In this document: in pieces, positions 1 through 17,960 of the stretch
How positions within the stretch are numbered: the first letter of the stretch is position 1
How the letters are laid out: each line of letters begins with the position of its first letter
Assembly: GCF_009914755.1 (NCBI RefSeq)
Contig: NC_060945.1
Source: the human T2T-CHM13v2.0 reference genome, Homo sapiens
DNA length: 64,000 nucleotides
Reading direction: 5' to 3' (one strand)
Position numbers and translations under genes: made by a program
The notes under the pieces: model-generated
Database searches by the model: none
Told to the model about the DNA's origin: nothing
What the model saw: only the letters and a program-made list of their open reading frames with translations

Positions 1-85
1 GGCCTCCACGTGGGCCAGGCACGGTGTGTCCAGCAGGCTGAGGGCGGCTGGCAGGTCTTCCTGCATGGGCCATGGGAGGTGGTGA

Positions 86-277
<192 letters not shown>

Positions 278-674
278 TAAGTCAGGAGCATCTGAGCTGG
301 TGTCCAGGGGCAGGAAGAACCCCCTGTATTCAGCGGTTCTTCCAGGTGACCCTGACATCCTGATGTAGCCTCAGAGGGGGTGAGTTGAGCTCACCCGGCG
401 GTTCCTCCTTCCATCTGGGACCACTGGGCAGAAGAGCTGACTTATGCCCCCTCTCTCACTCACTCTGTGCTCAGGCCTGCAAGGCTTGTGTTGACCCTGG
501 GGGTATGGCTTTGGGGGAAACGTCCTTTCACGATGCATATCTCTTCCATGACACCAAGTTCCCCGTGGCTCAGCCACTCTGAGGGCCAAGGTCACGGGAC
601 GACCTGGGAAACGGTGTGTCTTCAGGTGTGTTCTGGAAACGCCCTGCAGTTTAGCACAGCAGAGGCTCGGAGAT

Positions 675-806
675 GCCTGCAGGACAGGATCCTGCCTCGG
701 TTGCTCACCAGCTCTCTATACCCACGGGCGCTCTGACCCCGCCTGCAGGACAGGATCCTGCCTCAGTTGCTCACCAGCTCTCTATACCCACGGGCGCTCT
801 GACCCC
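675..806. repeat. 66-bp tandem duplication (2 copies, 1 mismatch)
   Basis: gcctgcaggacaggatcc...ctctgacccc at 675 and 741. Confidence 0.95.
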
Positions 807-1487
807 TTTCCTGGGTGATGCCCTTTATGTTTGGGGCTCCCTGCGGAATCACTACCCTGGAGTCCTGGATCTGGTGCCCCCAGCCGCAGGTTGAGCTCGC
901 CTGACTCCTGCATGTGTCCTGTCCAGTTGTCCCAGGCAGGATGGGTGGCCAGGAACCAGGCTTCTCCTGAAATGACTTCAGCCAGACTTTACGTTGTCTC
1001 ATTTCTGCCACTCACTCACCTCTCCAAAGTCCAGCGAGATTTGACAGTAGTGTGACAGCAGCCTTCTGAGGGGGGGATGGCGGGGCTCACTTGTTTCCTT
1101 CTCTTGGGCCTGCACAGTAACAGCCCACAGTGTCTATAAGATACTTCAGGAAAAGAGACCACAATGAACCCTTGAATAGCATCTTGCAGGCTGAATGCCC
1201 TGAGATGGGTGGGCTCCGGGGGACTGCCCAACACACACTGTCCCCCGGGCCTGTCACTTCAGAGTTGAGGGGATGAGAGCAGGAGTAGATCTGAGGGGCT
1301 AGGAAAGGAGAAGAGAGGTCCCCCCAGGACCCTGCTGGACAGTGAAACACCTGCTGGAGTAAAGCCCACCTGGGCTGCAGCAAGGCCACCTTCTATGGGG
1401 TGATGCCCCCATCGCCAGCCCCATAGATGGGAGGTGGGGAGTGGGGGTGGTGACTGCGGGGCACTAGACCACCTGAGGCACAGCTGC

Positions 1488-1790
1488 CTGCCTGGACAGT
1501 TGTGAAGTCCCCCCCCACCCAAATGAGTGGGGAACCCCCACCTCTTTCCCACCTGGACAGTTGTGAAGTACCCCCCACCACCCAGATGAGTGGGGACCCC
1601 CCCACCTCTGTCCCGCCTGGACAGTTGCAAAGTCCCCCCGCCCAGATGAGTGGGGACCCCCCCACCTCTGTCCCGCCTGGACAGTTGCGAAGTCCCCCCG
1701 CCCAGATGAGTGGGGACCCCCCCACCTCTGTCCCGCCTGGATAGTTGTGAAGTCCCTCCCTGCCCAGATGAGTGGGGACCCCCCCCCAGT
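1488..1790. repeat. C-rich minisatellite, about 60-bp unit, about 5 copies
   Basis: repeated cctggacagttg..aagtcccccc..cccagatgagtggggacccccc. Confidence 0.93.
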
Positions 1791-2008
1791 CCTGGACTCT
1801 GGCAGCAAGGCTCGCTGGGGTCCCTCCGTTCTTACCAGGAATAAAATGCAACATGCAAAGCCCTGCTGTGTGCCCTGCCACTGAGCAGCAAAACAAACAG
1901 CAAGAGCAGAGCCCGGCCTGGGACGGGGCAGCTGCAGCTGCAGCCCCTGATGCCAAGCCCTCTGGGACAGGAACTCCCTGGACCCCCGGAACCTGGGGCA
2001 GTGGCTAG

Positions 2009-2450
<442 letters not shown>

Positions 2451-2708
2451 TTTTGAGAGCGTTTAAGTGCCAGGTTTTGTGAGACTTGTGGAACCACAGG
2501 CAGCGAAGGGGGCTGGGGAGTGGAAGCTGGTGAGCAGAGTCCTCTCTCTGTCCTGGTGGTCGGTCATGGGATCCTGGGTGTCACCAGCATTGTAGAACTT
2601 CATCACCTCCCCTGTTAAAATGGGGGGAGGGGGGACACTTGTTTTCCAGAATTAATAACAGGTTACAGCATTTGCACAGTATCATTTGGTTTATAAATCT
2701 TAGGTTTT

Positions 2709-3030
<322 letters not shown>

Positions 3031-3265
3031 TTAGGTTTTGATATTAGTCTAAGCAAAAATAGTCACAAAGGGATAAAATGTGTATAGCTCCAAAATTTTT
3101 TCTGAGCAGGGGGTTAGCATGAAAAATAAACAGCAAGCAATATAGTCAAATCATCCTGGCCGTGCGATATTCTTCCCTGGCTTATCGTGGCTTTCCCTTC
3201 AGATGTTAATAGGGCCCTTGGGGGTGATGTAAAGCTCTCAGGAGAGGAAGTGGCTGATCGCTGGG

Positions 3266-3308
3266 CTGACTGATTGATCGGTTGATTGATTGGTTGATTG
3301 ATTGATTG
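3266..3308. repeat. (GATT)n-like microsatellite
   Basis: tgattgatcggttgattgattggttgattgattgattg. Confidence 0.85.
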
Positions 3309-3372
3309 AGGGCTCCGGTTGCCTTCCGAGGAAGGCAGGGCTTGATCCCTTTTTCTCCTTCCTTTTTTCCAG

Positions 3373-3487
3373 CTTTACGTCCTGAGTCAAGGACAATGTG
3401 TGTACCGGGGAAAAGTCTGCAATCTTGTGCCATATTTGAGGGATTTGGGTCTGAACTGCCCAACCTACCACAACCCAGCAGATTTTG
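3373..3487 (+). CDS. ABCG1: ABCG1 coding exon; end of the nucleotide-binding domain with the NPADF motif
   Basis: long pyrimidine tract ...ttccag| ... |gtaagc; [38 protein letters not shown]. Confidence 0.97.
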
Positions 3488-3659
3488 GTAAGCGGAGTCC
3501 TGAGCAGCTCGGGGGACAGAAAGGGGATTTTCCTCCTCTGTGGGTCTCACTTTTAGCTGACGCCCCCAACTCAGAAACCACTTGACTACCACAAATAGCT
3601 CAAGTGTCATCCAGTTATAAAACGTTTAAAGAACAAAAAAATTAGGTTTCATTTCCTCT

Positions 3660-3850
3660 AGACTCTAGGTAAAATCATCTGGCCAGCCTGTCTCTGCCTC
3701 TCTCCTGTCTCCATGTCCTAATCACCTCCTCTCCTGAGGACAGCAGTCATTGGATTCAGGGCCCACCCTAAGTCCAGGATGATTCATCTCAAGATCCTAA
3801 TTACCTCTGCAAAGATGCTTTTTCAAATAAGGGTGCATAGTGACAGTCCA
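3660..3850. mobile_element. MaLR (MLT1-type) LTR fragment
   Basis: agtcattggattcagggcccaccct...atctcaagatcctaattacctctgcaaagat...tttcaaataagg resembles MLT1. Confidence 0.6.
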
Positions 3851-5359
3851 GGTGGACTTCCCTCCTCCTTCGCCTTCCAGCCATCAGTCTTAATCTGTCG
3901 TTTTTCTTTAAAATATTTGATTCATGCAATTCCCAGGACTCCGTATTTTCTACCACACTATTTCCCAAATTGTGTTCCATGAGACATTGTTCACGGACGT
4001 GCCTCTCACTCACAAGGAGTAGGCTGTGATGGAGAGGAGACAGGGCGAGGGTTGCAGGGAGTGTGGTTTAAGGTGGGACGGGAGCCCCAGGAGGGTTGTG
4101 GTTCTGGTTTCGTGCTCGCTCACAAGGAAGAGTAACAGATCAGTAACGGGTCACTAACAGATGCTGCTGAGTGGGGCAGGGGAGGTGAGGTCTGAAGCCT
4201 GCATGGAGGTGAGAACCTGGAGGGAAGGGCGGGCAGGAAGGAGAGGAAACACGGTGCGTGGGGATGCAGAGAGGTCCTGGAGAGATGAGGGCATTCCCTT
4301 CTGGGGATTTCATTTCCTCAATGTCGTCTGACCAGAGAGCGGGAGGTGAGGGGAGTGTGGCCCACTGTTGAGGGTGTGGGTGACCAGAGGGGCCTGGAAA
4401 CATTGCCTGGCAGTGCTGTAGGCTCGTTTGGAGCCCTTGAGGATGACTTTCCGGTGGGGCCAATGTGTCCTGGTTTGTGGCTTCATCTAGGAGGTGTGGT
4501 GGCCTCCGTACCAGCTGGGAGGAAGCGGGTAGCTGGCTCTGCCAGAGGGAAGTGCGGAAAAGGTAAGGGTGTTGGGGAGCTTTGGGCCTTAGCAAGAACG
4601 TTACTGGAGTGGGAGGCAAGGCATCGCACAGGGAGGACACAGAGGCAGGAGAGGGCAGAGGGGTTGGGAGAAAGCAGATGTAGGCAGAGGGAAGGAGGCC
4701 AGTCACCACGGGAGTGTGGAAGGAGTTGCAGGCTGCAGAGGAAGTCCAGGTGGAGGGAGACCTTAGGGGAGCGAGTCTGCAGGTGGAGTGGGGAGGTGAC
4801 GATTGGGATGCGAGAGGCAGGAGCAGCGGGCAGGGCCGGTGCAGGAGACGCTCACTGGGATCTGAGAGGTGCAGGTTGAGGGTCCCAGGACCTCCAAGTC
4901 CCCAGGGTGCCAGCCACTCATGTGGCGATGGGCACGTCCTTCTCTGCCATCTTGTAGAACTGCCGTGGCTCTCGTCACACCCTGCCAAACCACAAGCTCC
5001 TCAAGGAGGAGTCCCTCAGGGAGGAGTCCTTCGTTCTGCTCCCTTCCCAGCTCCACCTTGGAGGCTGGCCCAGAGCAGGCATTCAGTAAGTACCGGCTGG
5101 ATGAGCAGTCGGTAGATGCAGGAGCTCATTACTTCTCAGACCACTGACAGCACAGTGTGTGTTTGCGTTTCCCGTCTCCTGACATGATAAAGGGCCTTGC
5201 TGGGGGGTTTGAGAGCCGCACGCTGGTTGATAAATGATTTTGACGTCATGCCATTAGCACCGCCACGCAGCATCTATGTAATCGCTTTAAAACATTCCCA
5301 CTTGAATAACGACTTTCGCATTTGGGTGGTTGGGGTGTCCTTCCTGGAGCCCGGGCTGA

Positions 5360-6593
<1,234 letters not shown>

Positions 6594-7311
6594 CTAAACT
6601 TTCAAATTACTTTTCTTCTATTTGCAATAGTCAGCGTTCACTGTAATGCTGCAGTAACAAACACTCCCATAATGTACGTGTCTCCCTCCATCAATATTTG
6701 TGTCCTGCTTGTGTTAGGGGTGGCAACGGTGGGTTGTATCATGGCTCTGTCCCATAAGTCTTCTCATCCCGGGACAGCTCCTATCTGGACATGCCTTTCT
6801 TCACCATGTCAAAGGAAAAGTGCAAGAGAGAAACCAAATGACAGCCCTTAAAACTTCCAGTTGGAAGTGGCAAATCATCACTTGCACTCACATGCCATTG
6901 GCCTAAACAAGTCACATGGCCGAGCCTGAAACCAGGGCTGTAGGCGAGTCCATTTCTCCTTCAGGAAAGCACTGTGAATCATGAGGATTGGGACGGGGGG
7001 TTGGACAATTCCTTATAGGGAAGGAGGTGGTGAATACGCGGGAACCATACTTCTACCAGAGAAGTGGACAATCTGGCCACCTACTTAGGAGCGGCTGAAT
7101 GCCTGGCATGGCTTCTGGGACCTAATTTGAAAGACAGAGGGGCTCACCGCCGTCCACAGCAGAGTTCTTAGAGCCTCTGATATAGCCACTTTTCCCTCAC
7201 CATTGTTTTTACCTTTCCTCTCTTCTGAGGGTAGACTTCCTTTGTTCTCCATTTTTAAATCTTTTACAAAGGATAGTAATTATGTTGGTTTTAACACAAC
7301 AAAAGCCTGAC

Positions 7312-7376
7312 ATGTGTGCATATATGTGTGTGAGCAGGCGTGTATGTGTGTGTGTGAGTGTGTGTGTGTATGTGAG
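7312..7376. repeat. (TG)n-rich microsatellite
   Basis: atgtgtgcatatatgtgtgtg...tgtgtgtgtatgtgag. Confidence 0.85.
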
Positions 7377-7492
7377 TCGCTTTAGGGTTTGGCTTGTTTC
7401 TCTGGAGGAGAAGACAGGATAAAGTCTAAGACGTGTTGTCACAGAGTTCAGGGTCCCATGCTTCCAAAGGCCGCATCCGTGTTGTTCTCTGA

Positions 7493-7717
<225 letters not shown>

Positions 7718-8530
7718 TGACAGACCGCTGACCCCTTCTTCCTTATTTTCAATTCCTACCCAAGCATGGGGGCCTGAAGTCACGCCTTGACCAACAGATG
7801 AGTTTTCTAAACACAATGTTTTTGTTTTTTTAAAATATCATCTTCTTTGTTGACAGATGCAAGTTGTATTGTATTTGCTGTTAGATAAGAAAATACAATA
7901 CTTAAGCCAAAGGAATGAATCCCAAATGGAAGACTTTTAAGCATGATGGAAGGCTGATGGGAGGGAGATTTCTCAAAGATTCACTAATTAGGAGCCCCCC
8001 AACTCTACTACTTAAGCATTACCTAGTTCAATTGTTAAGATAGCTCTGCACAGCCCACTTCGGGAGCAGATAAGCTCTCTTAGATGGATATCCACACAAT
8101 TCCAGTTTGTTCACAAGGAGACTGCCCTTGGTCACTTTGGCTGACAGTGAACACAGCGGCTGCTTCTCCAGAACTTTAGCATAAATAGCTCCTCCCTAGG
8201 TACCTCCTCCCCAAGCTTCCCCTGATTTCCAAGAGCAGCTTGCAGCCTTGCTCACAGGAAGGCACCACGTTGATGCAGAGTTTCAGAAGAGGCAGACTCA
8301 GGAAGAGTAAGGCCAGGCATGAATCCTTGCCTTCATCACTAAGATGATGCTTTGTATTCACAGACATGCTCCCCATCCTGATTCTCCACTCAATGACTCT
8401 TCAGGTTATGCAAACGGGTGGCGTTTTTCAGGCTAGCAAAACACATCCTCTGTTTGTTCAATCTCTCAGTGCCCTAGGCCAGAGCTGGGTTACCAGCCGC
8501 TCAGCTCAAGATCGCCTGTTGGGATGTTAA

Positions 8531-9198
<668 letters not shown>

Positions 9199-10059
9199 TG
9201 AGCTACCTTGGCCTGAGCTAGGGGGCTCTGCCACCCCTTCCCCTACTTCTGCCCTGACCCTCCTAGATGGGGTCGTTCCCACGGGAAGGGCCCGCATTGT
9301 CGAGGGTCAGGATCAGCTGGCTTCCACAGTGCGCACAGCGGGCAGCCTCACGTGTGCTGACTGCGTGCTGGGCGCTCTTCCCAGCGCTTCCCAGATCTGA
9401 GCTCCTGTAGCCCCAAGCACAGCCACGCTTAGGTGCTGTGCTGGCCCCATTTTACATAGGGGAGCACTGAGGCCCAGAGAGGCAAAGTGATTTGTCAGGG
9501 GGTCACACAGCTGACTCGGGAGCCAAGCTCCCAACACCTATGCATCACTGCCTCTGTGGGGTTCCCTCGGCCTCTCCATGGGCCCCTTCCTCCTCCCATC
9601 GCCCACCCTGCCCCCCGACCTGCCGCCCACATGCACCTGCAGGTTCTCTACCTCTGTGGCTTTAGGACGCTCGGCCTCAGCCTGTCCTTCTGGACAAAAG
9701 CAGTGTTCCTGGGTGGATTGGGAACACCCGAGGGCCCCAGGGTCCCATGCTGGGTGCAGTGTATTCCTGAGTCACCTCCAGTCCACCATAAGCAAGCTCC
9801 CTGGCCTCCAGGGCCCAGGTGCCCTCACCTTAGATGAGGACTGCCATGGAGCCCATCTCACAAGGCTGCCATGGGACCAAAGATGACACTGCAGGAAGGT
9901 GCCAGGCCCATGCCAGGTGCTGCAACCCGTGTGCCCCAAGGCCAGCCCCAGTGCACCTGCTCAGCCACCCCCAGGACCCCTGCCTAGGGCACTCAGGCTC
10001 CGCAGGGGTCACTAATCAGACCAGGGCTGGGATGCCCCTGTCTGCACGGTTGCACACGG

Positions 10060-11510
10060 CACACATGCACACACACACTACACACAGACCACACTACACA
10101 CTACACACCACACACTACACACATACCACACTACACACACACCACACTACACACCACACACACTACACACCACACACGGTGCACACCACACACTACACAC
10201 CACACTACACACTACACACCACACACTGCATACACACCACACTACACACTACACACCACACACACACCACACTACACACCATACACTATACACATACCAC
10301 ACTACACAGTACACACCACACACACTACACACCACACAGTACACACTGCACACCACACTACACACTACCCACCACACACTACACACACACCACACTACAC
10401 ACTACACACCACACATACTACACACCACACACTAAACACATACGACACTACACACTACACACCACACACTACACACACACCACACTACACAGTACACACC
10501 ACACACTACACACACACCACACTACACACTACACACCACACACACTACACACATACCACACTACACACACACCACACTACACACCACACACACTACACAC
10601 CACACACGGTACACACCACACACTACACACACCACACACTACACACTACACACCACACACGGTACACACCACACACTACACACACACCACACTACACACT
10701 ACACACCACACACTGCATACACACACTACACACTACACACCACACACACACCACACTACACACCATACACTACACACATACCACACTACACAGTACACAC
10801 CACACACACTACACACCACACAGTACACACTACACACCACACTACACACTACCCACCACACACTACACACACACCACACTACACACTACACACCACACAT
10901 ACTACACACCACGCACTACACACATACCACACTACACACTACACACCACACACTACACACACACCACACTACACAGTACACACCACACCACACACTACAC
11001 ACACACCACACTACACACTACCCACCACACATACTACACACCACGCACTACACACATACCACACTACACACTACACACCACACACTACACACATACCACA
11101 CTACAGAGTACACACCACACTACACACTACACACCACACACACACCACACACACTACACACCACACACTACACATGCACCACACTACACACTACACACCA
11201 CACACTACACATACACCACACTACACACTACACACAAATACTACATACACACACCACACAGTACATACCACATACCACACCCTACACACAAACACACACT
11301 ACACACTACATGCTATGCACACACACCACTCACTGCGCACACAGACTACACACTAGAAACATCACACACTACACACCACACCACACACCACACACTCCAC
11401 ACCACACACCACACACCGCAGACACCACACACACCACACAGCAGACACCGCCCACACCACACACACACTCCACACACACACTCCACACACCCTCCTACCC
11501 CCGACACACT
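10060..11510. repeat. 1.45-kb degenerate CA/CACTA simple repeat
   Basis: near G-free run of cacacactacacaccacacac units. Confidence 0.97.
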
Positions 11511-11698
11511 CACAGTGCCCCTGTTGGACCTGTGCTCACTGTGAACCCTGAGTCGCGGCGGTTGCTTCGGTCTCTGGGCTGCCCTCCCGGAGGTGCTGAC
11601 AGGCAGGCGTCCATCCCGCCTGTGAAGGCTGCAGTCCTTCCACTGTGCCCCGACCGAAGGGGTGCCCGCCACACACCTGCCACAGGCCAGGCACTTAG

Positions 11699-12154
<456 letters not shown>

Positions 12155-12453
12155 TAGCGGGCGTGGGGCACGCATGGCGTGGGGACCGAGGGTGACGGGG
12201 GAAGAACCGTCTCCAACAGCGTGAGGGGCTCACAAAAGCCACTCTGGGCTGCTGGCCAAGAGCAGATTACACATCTGAGGATCCAGGCCTTCCATCTTCC
12301 TGCTAGTTCCACCTCCTCCTACCCTCACCAACACACACACACTAAACAAGGAGGCCACACAAACCAGCGCTTCACACCCGGAGAGCCATGGCAGGCCCAA
12401 GTGTTCTGGACGTTGCCGAGAGCTGCCTTCGGTGGAAGCGCTTCCATCTTTTA

Positions 12454-12879
<426 letters not shown>

Positions 12880-13566
12880 TCATTTTTAAACATCTTTTTA
12901 AACATCCTAATATCTTGGAACAAGAATGCCCAGTGCCTCAGGTCCTTAGCTACAACGTTTCGTGCCCTCTGTGGAGTGCGGTGTTGGCACGCTGGCCCCA
13001 CCAGGGGCAGCGCCCATCTTCCGAGCTGCAGAAGTTCCATGTGACACTAAGATCCAAAGTTGGGAACAAGCTCTTCTTCTCTAGAATGTCAGTTCAGACT
13101 TAGGTATATTGTTCAAGAAAACAAAGCACTTGTACAGAGTTTCGACAATCTGCGTGTGCTCCAACACTATGAAATCAGAAACCGACGTCTTTCTTCTCAA
13201 AATGAGTGCTTTTGTTCTGACAGGGCAGGACTGGAGCAGAGGGAGAGAGGGGGCAGGAATGTTTCATATAAATGCTCTCAAGTCCTTGCAAGTTGGCTGG
13301 CCCACGATTCCCTCCAACCGTTAGAAAGCATGTAACCTCGGAAGTGAACACAAGACTTCTCAGTGCATTTCACCAGTGAATATGTACCACTCATTCAACT
13401 TGTTTTTTTGCTGGGGGCCCTGGAGGAAACAAAATTGGAAGAAAAACATAGTGGAGCTGTTGCACGTGTTTGTCTTAAGAAGGTGGTGGGCGGTGAGGAA
13501 GTATTCTGGGGAAGGCGGCCCTTTGGGAAGGGAGGATAGCCAAGCTGGGAATCGCAGGGAGGGTGA

Positions 13567-13869
<303 letters not shown>

Positions 13870-14722
13870 AACACCTGAATGCCAGGAAACAGGAAGATTA
13901 GACACTGTGGCCGAGGGCACGTCTAGAATCGAGGAGGCAAGCCTGTGCCCGACCGACGACACAGAGACTCTTCTGATCCAACCCCTAGAACCGCGTTGGG
14001 TTTGTGGGTGTCTCGTGCTCAGCCACTCTGCCCAGCTGGGTTGGATCTTCTCTCCATTCCCCTTTCTAGCTTTAACTAGGAAGATGTAGGCAGATTGGTG
14101 GTTTTTTTTTTTTTTAACATACAGAATTTTAAATACCACAACTGGGGCAGAATTTAAAGCTGCAACACAGCTGGTGATGAGAGGCTTCCTCAGTCCAGTC
14201 GCTCCTTAGCACCAGGCACCGTGGGTCCTGGATGGGGAACTGCAAGCAGCCTCTCAGCTGATGGCTGCGCAGTCAGATGTCTGGTGGCAGAGAGTCCGAG
14301 CATGGAGCGATTCCATTTTATGACTGTTGTTTTTCACATTTTCATCTTTCTAAGGTGTGTCTCTTTTCCAATGAGAAGTCATTTTTGCAAGCCAAAAGTC
14401 GATCAATCGCATTCATTTTAAGAAATTATACCTTTTTAGTACTTGCTGAAGAATGATTCAGGGTAAATCACATACTTTGTTTAGAGAGGCGAGGGGTTTA
14501 ACCGAGTCACCCAGCTGGTCTCATACATAGACAGCACTTGTGAAGGATTGAATGCAGGTTCCAGGTGGAGGGAAGACGTGGACACCATCTCCACTGAGCC
14601 ATGCAGACATTTTTAAAAGCTATACAAAAAATTGTGAGAAGACATTGGCCAACTCTTTCAAAGTCTTTCTTTTTCCACGTGCTTCTTATTTTAAGCGAAA
14701 TATATTGTTTGTTTCTTCCTAA
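13870..14722 (+). other. ABCG1: ABCG1 proximal 3' UTR, probably ending after a variant poly(A) signal AATATA (14699-14704)
   Basis: follows the stop; no AATAAA seen; AATATA followed by U-rich sequence; exact end inferred. Confidence 0.6.
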
Positions 14723-17700
14723 CTTTCTGACTACCTTTAATTTTGCCTAGGTTGATTTAAACAAACAAACAAACAGCTTCCCTTTCCTCCTGTATCACCT
14801 CAGCTGCCTCCACTGAACCTGGAAGAATGGGGCTTAGGGAAATTCAGGCACGACCTTTGAGGGTTGGCTCAGCAGGAGTGGCCAGCAGTGAAAGATGGGC
14901 TAACTGTGCAAGAGGGGAGGAGGCCAACGAGATGGCATCAGAATCCAAGGGCTTAGGACGAAGTCAGTAGACTTCAGCATGTGGAGGCATTTGAAACTTG
15001 ATCAAACAACGCACTTCGAGTGGTGGGAGATTTCATCTCTGGGTTTTGCGACCTCACAGCTGCATCACCGCCTCAGTGTTAGGCCTGTGTAAACTTTGCA
15101 CGTTGGAAACCGCTTCTTTCCTATGACTGAATCACATAAGTCAAATCCCGCTAGGGCAGAAACAGGTGCCTATCTGGAGGTCAAGTGGTCTTTGAATTCA
15201 CAACAAGGCTGCCTGTGAGTTTGTCAGCTCTCAGAAGCAGTTTGACTACATGCAGAGAAGGTGATTCTGGCCAAAGAAGTCCACCTTTAGGAAAATGCCA
15301 TTGTTTACTCCCTCTAGAATATCATTCTCCTAGAATCAGGGCTTCCGATGGAAAGGCTGTGTTTTTGCGGGAAAATCAGTGAACCTTTCTAAGCTACATT
15401 TTTCCTCATCTGTAAATAGTTACAGTACATCATGCCCAAGGCCATGCCAGCTCAAAGGTGGTGGGATTCCTTGGCGATGTCCCTGAAGCTCTTATTTCCC
15501 ACTTCGAAAGAACGAAAAGGGTCTGAATTTTATTTACACATGGATTTAGTTTGCTAATTCTTAGAGATTCCTTTTTTACTGCTAGATCTTTTTTAGTAAA
15601 CACAATTGAGATAGATATTAAAGTGTAATTTTAAGTGTGCTTGTTCTATACAAATATGGCATTGCCTTCCAGATTAAGTTTTTAACCAGAGTCAAACTTA
15701 GCCTTTATAAAAAGTCCTCATTTAATTTCAAAATAGATCTTCTTGTAAGACATTGCACATAGGGAAGACCTACCTAGGAATAGCCTGGTGAAATGCAGAA
15801 TTGGAAAAAGGCAAAAGTCCTTGCTCATGACTCAGAACTACATCGAGTGAAGTCAGTGTTGAAAACGCCCATTCCCTCCAGGTGAGCCTTCCCCATTGTG
15901 GATTAGTGTTGTGGCTTCATGGCCCTAATAGGGGTGTGTCTGCCAGGAACTGCACTGCATGGGGCCCACAGCCCTGCCCCAGAAGCAGCTTTGGTCTCGT
16001 TTGCTGAGACCGCTTGCTGTGCCTCATCAATTTCAGGAGGAAACAGTGAGATGCCTCTAGATTTTAAATCTGGTTTCGGAGAGCACCTAAGCCCTCTGAT
16101 GGAATGACTCTCGTAGGAACTTGATGGGGGTAATTCTAAGGGGGAAGAGCTTGGGAACCGTGAGGGCTGTTAGGCTGCAAGAAGGGAATGGATATGTGAG
16201 ACCATGTGGGTTTATTTTTTGAAGGGTGAACTGGAGTAGCTGAGGATTCTGCAGTTGACGCCCCAGGATGGCTTTGCTCAGCCCTCCCCCGTAGACTGGA
16301 GGAAAGCCTACCGCCAAGGGAGGAGAGGATGCATCTGTCCTAGGTGCAGCCGGCCTCCCTCTTCCAGGTTCAGCAAGGGTCCCTGGCTGGGCATTTTCCT
16401 CGTAACCTTTGGCAGCATTGGCTCAAATGCCATTGTTTAGATTCCCAGATATTTCCCCACTGCTTTTTGTGTTAAGGTAGTTTGGTAAAATGCCTTATTC
16501 CAATGGCCTAAGATAATATCAAGCAACTCACTGGTTTACTTTTCTAACCAGCTGTGGTTAAGACACACACGGCAATGTGCTATCTTTCACATGTTGGACG
16601 TTAAACCCAGACCAACTCCCCAAATCTAATTTGTTTCAGTAATTTCTGAATGCATTGACCAAGATATTCCTTTCATCTCTGGTTGAGTTTCTTCCATTAG
16701 AAGGAAGGATTAAACCTTGGATAAAAGATTTGCAGATGCCCCAGTGGTTAGTAGAGGTGAAAATGGAGGTTTCAGGGAAACTGCTGGGGCCTTTTGCCTT
16801 TGTCCTCATCCAAAGCATTTTGTGCCTCTCTTTCTTCTCCTCTGGCTGAATATCCACTGGAGATTGAATTCTCCGAAACTCCCTGTGTGGGTGAAGTGGG
16901 AAGCTGTGCCCAGGAAGGGGAGTAACTGTGCAAAGTTTTATGCAGTCAGTGCCAGAATTGGATTACATCACCTGGGGGAGGCGCCTTCAGGACCAGGAAA
17001 TGGTACATGGAGCTTTGAGGTGAAAACTCATCTTAGAAACCCACAAAAAGTCATTCCCCCAGCCTGACATCAGGGACAGACCACACCCATGGGGCAGAAA
17101 CCGGGCTTGGTTGTTGCAGTGGGAAGAGAAGGCACGACTCTGGTGCACCGAGCACCTTTCCTCGTGGCTGTTTCCAGGCACTGGGCTGGATGTCCTCAGA
17201 ACCCCCTGTCCCCTGCCCACTCCTCAAACCCTTACTGACCCACCCCTCTCGCCTGGTGCTGTCCCAGGCCCTGGGGGTGAGGGGGAGGGGACTCCAGCGT
17301 GGGCTTGCCCTCCAGTGTGGTGGGAGGGAACCACGTGGCCACTTGGCTTAGCCGTGCTCATGGTGCAGACGTGGAACGCGGAGGCAGGGAGAGGCTCCGT
17401 GACGTCCCCAGGGCCCCAGAACGAGGAAGGAGCGGAGTTGGGATTCCAGCCCAGTTGGACGCTGAAGTCCCTGTTTTGTTTACTGCCTCCTGTTCATGGC
17501 GTATGAATGTATCTGAGATGCTTTGTAAGGCATAAAGTGCAATACTAGCTTAGTGGCTGTTCGTTCAGTGATTCCTTCTGTTACCAAACAGGTGGCTGAG
17601 ATGAGAGGGCAACCCAAGCCTAACGCCCTTCAGTGGCCTTGCATCAGAGTACTCGTGACAGGTACCTCTCCGTGGAGAGGGGCTGTCCTCTGCCCTTGCC

Positions 17701-17753
17701 TGCTCCTCCTATTGCAACAGTCCTGTGGACTAGCTCAGGCTCTACAGGGGCTG

Positions 17754-17960
17754 GTGTGTGTGTGTGCGTGTATGGTGTATATGTGTCTACCTACACACAA
17801 GCACATGTGCACACATGCACACACATGCATGCAAGCACACGCACACACACACATGCACACACACTCACATGGACACACACACACACACATGCACACACAT
17901 ACATGCACACACATGCACATGGACACACATACATGCACACACATACATGCAGGTGTGCAG
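17754..17960. repeat. (TG)n followed by (CA)n-rich alternating purine-pyrimidine tract
   Basis: gtgtgtgtgtgtgcgtgt ... acacacatgcacacac. Confidence 0.9.

Noticed and set aside
4140-4988. 282-aa minus-strand ORF and overlapping ORFs
   Set aside because: Purine-skewed intronic sequence (possibly decayed L2) with low-complexity translation and no recognisable domain.
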